32,000 nt of DNA from an uncultured bacterium (GTDB taxonomy: Bacteria; Margulisbacteria; WOR-1; CAVSGV01). Location of the stretch: contig OY969425.1 of NCBI GenBank assembly GCA_963699255.1, positions 1,650,001-1,682,000 of the forward strand. The letters are read 5' to 3'. The position numbers were made by a program, and so were the translations under genes. Shown here one piece after another: positions 28,882 to 32,000 of this stretch (its first letter is position 1; the number at the start of each line of letters is the position of its first letter). Below the pieces are notes generated by a model. The model made no database searches. It had not been told where the DNA came from and saw only the letters and a list, made by a program, of their open reading frames with translations.

Positions 28882-29276
28882 TGCCAACCATTAATCAACT
28901 GGTAAGGATGGGAAGGAAGAGAAAGACCTTTAAAAGCAAGGCGCCTGCGCTGGGCGGTAATTCCTTTAAGAGAGGCGTTTGCATAAGGGTTTATACGACT
29001 ACCCCGAAAAAGCCGAATTCGGCGTTAAGAAAAGTCGCGAGGGTCCGTCTTACGAACGGAATGGAAGTTAGCGCTTATATCCCGGGTGTCGGACACAACC
29101 TTCAGGAACACTCTGTGGTCCTTGTGCGCGGGGGAAGGGTGAAGGACCTGCCGGGAGTAAGATATCATATAGTCAGGGGTACTTTTGACACCAGCGGCGT
29201 CGAGAACCGCAGACAGGGCCGCTCAAGGTACGGGGCCAAGAAGCCGAAGGCGACAGCCGGGAAAGCGGCGGCGTAA
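28881..29276 (+). CDS. rpsL: 30S ribosomal protein S12
   Basis: [50 protein letters not shown]. The ATG shares its A with the rpoC TGA. Confidence 0.97.
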
Positions 29277-29287
29277 CAGGAGAGCAT

Positions 29288-29758
29288 ATGCCAAGAAGAG
29301 GAAATATCGTAAAAAGGAAGATCTTACCGGATTCTGTTTATAACAGCGTCACGGTGCAGAAGTTCATCAACAAAATGATGTGGAAGGGGAAAAAGAGCAC
29401 TGTCGAGAGGCTCTTTTACGGGGCCCTTGATATGGCTTCCGAAAAACTAAAAAAGCCGCAGCTCGAGATATTTGAAAAAGCTTTGAACAACGTGAGGCCT
29501 CTGATGGAAGTTAAGCCGAGGCGTGTCGGCGGGGCTACATACCAGGTGCCCATTGAAGTTTCGGAAGATAGAGGCCTTTCTATCTCGATGCAGTGGATCA
29601 GGGAGAACGCGAGGGCCCGTTCGGGGCATTCGATGATAGAACGGCTTTCCGCAGAAATGATAGATGCTTATAACGGGATCGGGGCTTCAATGAAGAAGCG
29701 AGAAGATACGCACAAGATGGCTGAGTCGAATAAAGCCTTCGCGCATTTCAGGTGGTAA
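29288..29758 (+). CDS. rpsG: 30S ribosomal protein S7
   Basis: MPRRG..., PLMEVKPRRVGGATYQVPIEV, FAHFRW C-terminus. SD AGGAGA upstream. Confidence 0.97.
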   Translation: MPRRGNIVKRKILPDSVYNSVTVQKFINKMMWKGKKSTVERLFYGALDMASEKLKKPQLEIFEKALNNVRPLMEVKPRRVGGATYQVPIEVSEDRGLSISMQWIRENARARSGHSMIERLSAEMIDAYNGIGASMKKREDTHKMAESNKAFAHFRW

Positions 29759-29767
29759 TTTAATAAT

Positions 29768-31846
29768 ATGGTAAGAACACATCCAATAGAAAAATACAGG
29801 AACATAGGGATCGCCGCTCATATTGATGCCGGCAAGACCACGACCACGGAAAGGATCCTTTTTTATTCCGGGAAGATCCACAAGATCGGCAATGTTGACG
29901 ATGGAACGACGGTCACGGACTGGATGGTTCAGGAGAGGGAGAGAGGGATAACGATCACGTCCGCGGCCATCACGACAACCTGGAATGGCTACAGGATAAA
30001 CATTATCGACACGCCGGGACATGTTGATTTTACGGTAGAAGTGGAGAGATCGCTCAGGGTGCTGGACGGAATGGTCGCGGTTTTTTGCGCCGTGGGAGGC
30101 GTGCAGCCCCAGTCAGAGACCGTCTGGAGGCAGGCCACAAAATACAAGGTCCCCAGGCTCGCTTTTATCAACAAGATGGACAGGATCGGCGCGGACTTTT
30201 TCAGGTGCGTAAAGCAGATGAAGGAGCGTCTTGGCGCGCATCCGGTCCTCCTGCAGTTACCGATAGGTGCTGAAGACAAGTTTTTGGGAGTTGTAGATCT
30301 CGTTGAAATGAAAGCGATAGTTTTTGAGGATGAACTTGGAGCAAAACCATTGATCAAAGAGATCCCGGCTGAGCTTCAAAAGGACGCAAAAATCTACAGG
30401 GAAAAGCTGATCGAAGCAGCGGCGGAAGCGGATGACGCGCTGCTCGAAAAATACATGGAGAAACATGTTTTGGAAAATGACGAGATAAAACGCGGGATCA
30501 GGAAGCTGACGGTTGAATGCAAGATCATTCCTGTTACCTGCGGGACCGCATTCAAGAACAAGGGCATTCAACCCATGTTAGATGCTGTTATCGACTATCT
30601 CCCGTCCCCGATAGATGTACCGTCGGTAACGGGATTCAATCCGGTATCGGGAGTTGATGAAGAAAGGGCTTCAACGGACAACGCTCCGTTCTCAGCCCTG
30701 GCATTCAAGATAGCAACGGATCCTTTCGTTGGGAAACTGATATTTTTCAGGGTTTATTCGGGCACATTAAAATCCGGCTCCTACATACTTAATTCAACCA
30801 AGGATTCAAAGGAAAGGATCGGAAGGCTTCTTCAGATGTACGCGGATAAGCGCGCGGAGATCGAAGAGGTCCACGCGGGGGATATTGCCGCGGCTGTGGG
30901 ACTTAAGGGGACCACGACCGGCGATACGATATGCGAGGAATCAAAACCGATAATCCTTGAATCAATAGTGTTCCCGGAGCCTGTTATTTTCGTTGCGATC
31001 GAGCCCAAGACCAAGGCTGACCAAGAAAAGCTCGGCGTTGCTCTTGGCCGTCTGGCCGAAGAGGATCCCACATTCAGGATCAAGGGAGATCCTGATACAG
31101 GACAAACGATCATTTCCGGCATGGGGGAGCTTCACCTGGAGATCATCGTTGACAGGCTCTTGAGAGAATTCAGGGTGGAAGCGAATGTGGGCAAGCCTCA
31201 GGTAGCTTACAAGGAAACGATCAAGGGCACTGCTGAAGCCGAGGGGAAATTCATAAGACAGACCGGAGGCCGCGGTCAATACGGACATGTTTGGGTAACG
31301 GTGGAGCCGCTGCCGCCGGGCGGTAAATTTGAATTCGTGAATAAGATCGTCGGCGGATCGATACCGAAGGAGTACATCCCTGCCGTTGAGGACGGGATCG
31401 TTGAAGCGATGCAGACCGGAGTGCTCGCGGGCTATCCTGTGATCGATCTCAGGGTCACGCTTTTCGACGGTTCATTCCACGAGGTGGACTCTTCAGAAAT
31501 GGCGTTCAAGATAGCAGGGTCAATGGCTTTCAAAGACGGGTTCATAAGAGCAAAACCGATTTTGCTTGAACCTATAATGAAGGTTGAAGTGGAGATACCG
31601 GAACAGTACATGGGTGACGTTATAGGCGATCTTAACAGCAGAAGAGGGAAAATAGAGGGAATGGAATCCCATGCAGGCGTGCAGATAATAAAAGCGAGAG
31701 TCCCTCTCTCCGACATGTTCGGATATGCCACGGCTCTCAGGTCGAAGACGCAGGGAAGAGGGATATACACGATGGAATTTTCAACGTATGAGGAAATGCC
31801 AAAGAACATCGCCGAGGGAATAATCACAAAGGCGCAGGGGAAATAA
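29768..31846 (+). CDS. fusA: Translation elongation factor G
   Basis: 692 aa. [20 protein letters not shown] (G1), [10 protein letters not shown] (G3), FINKMDR (G4), and domain IV/V motifs ([15 protein letters not shown]). Confidence 0.97.
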   Translation: MVRTHPIEKYRNIGIAAHIDAGKTTTTERILFYSGKIHKIGNVDDGTTVTDWMVQERERGITITSAAITTTWNGYRINIIDTPGHVDFTVEVERSLRVLDGMVAVFCAVGGVQPQSETVWRQATKYKVPRLAFINKMDRIGADFFRCVKQMKERLGAHPVLLQLPIGAEDKFLGVVDLVEMKAIVFEDELGAKPLIKEIPAELQKDAKIYREKLIEAAAEADDALLEKYMEKHVLENDEIKRGIRKLTVECKIIPVTCGTAFKNKGIQPMLDAVIDYLPSPIDVPSVTGFNPVSGVDEERASTDNAPFSALAFKIATDPFVGKLIFFRVYSGTLKSGSYILNSTKDSKERIGRLLQMYADKRAEIEEVHAGDIAAAVGLKGTTTGDTICEESKPIILESIVFPEPVIFVAIEPKTKADQEKLGVALGRLAEEDPTFRIKGDPDTGQTIISGMGELHLEIIVDRLLREFRVEANVGKPQVAYKETIKGTAEAEGKFIRQTGGRGQYGHVWVTVEPLPPGGKFEFVNKIVGGSIPKEYIPAVEDGIVEAMQTGVLAGYPVIDLRVTLFDGSFHEVDSSEMAFKIAGSMAFKDGFIRAKPILLEPIMKVEVEIPEQYMGDVIGDLNSRRGKIEGMESHAGVQIIKARVPLSDMFGYATALRSKTQGRGIYTMEFSTYEEMPKNIAEGIITKAQGK

Positions 31847-31851
31847 TAATC

Positions 31852-32000
31852 ATGGTGAGACAAAAAATAAGGATCAGATTAAAAGGGTATGACGGCAGAC
31901 TGCTGGATCAATCCGCGTTAAAGATCGTTGATACCGCAAAGCGCGCGGGCGGAGTTGTTTCCGGTCCCATACCTCTTCCTACCGACAGGGAAATATACTG
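31852..32000 (+). CDS. rpsJ: 30S ribosomal protein S10 (3-prime truncated by window edge)
   Basis: My translation is [50 protein letters not shown], matching the S10 N-terminus. It starts 5 nt after the fusA stop. Confidence 0.9.
   Translation, partial: MVRQKIRIRLKGYDGRLLDQSALKIVDTAKRAGGVVSGPIPLPTDREIY

Noticed and set aside
28143-28898. 251-aa minus-strand ORF antisense to the rpoC 3-prime region (similar cases at 23419-24012, 22718-23284 and 16399-16962)
   Set aside because: These are shadow ORFs opposite highly conserved rpoB, rpoC and metE coding sequence, with no motifs.

Overview
Bacterial chromosomal window with two very different halves.

**Left, 1-13.9 kb, + strand:** an envelope-glycan / glycosylation island.
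- A 5-prime-truncated GT2, UDP-galactopyranose mutase (glf), a GT2::GT-C fusion protein and a YfhO-family membrane protein.
- A tightly packed five-gene cassette: B12-type radical SAM, Zn-ribbon class I methyltransferase, Glf/amine-oxidase-like flavoprotein, GtrB-like GT2, and a DUF2304 membrane protein.
- A short GT2 5-prime remnant, a putative lipoprotein, and a further GT2 that is frame-broken.

**Middle:** a convergent trx / nrdG-like operon on the - strand, a ~120-nt imperfect palindrome between divergent promoters, and rimI-metE.

**Right, 18-32 kb:** rpmG, tRNA-Trp(CCA), secE, nusG, rplK-rplA-rplJ-rplL, rpoB, rpoC, rpsL, rpsG, fusA and rpsJ (3-prime truncated), packed almost without spacers.

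**Most notable observation:** the only two frame-interrupted genes in the window are essential rpoC and the accessory GT2. Both switch to the +1 frame on the identical 10-mer AGATTCTCCA, in the same codon phase (..AG ATT CTC CA..), and each lies within a small local hairpin. This is either a context-specific assembly/basecalling artefact or a shared recoding (+1 frameshift) signal. Sequence alone cannot tell these apart.

No CRISPR array, transposase, integrase or recognisable defence gene was seen. All calls rest on reading the supplied translations and the DNA by eye; no database search or computation was run.
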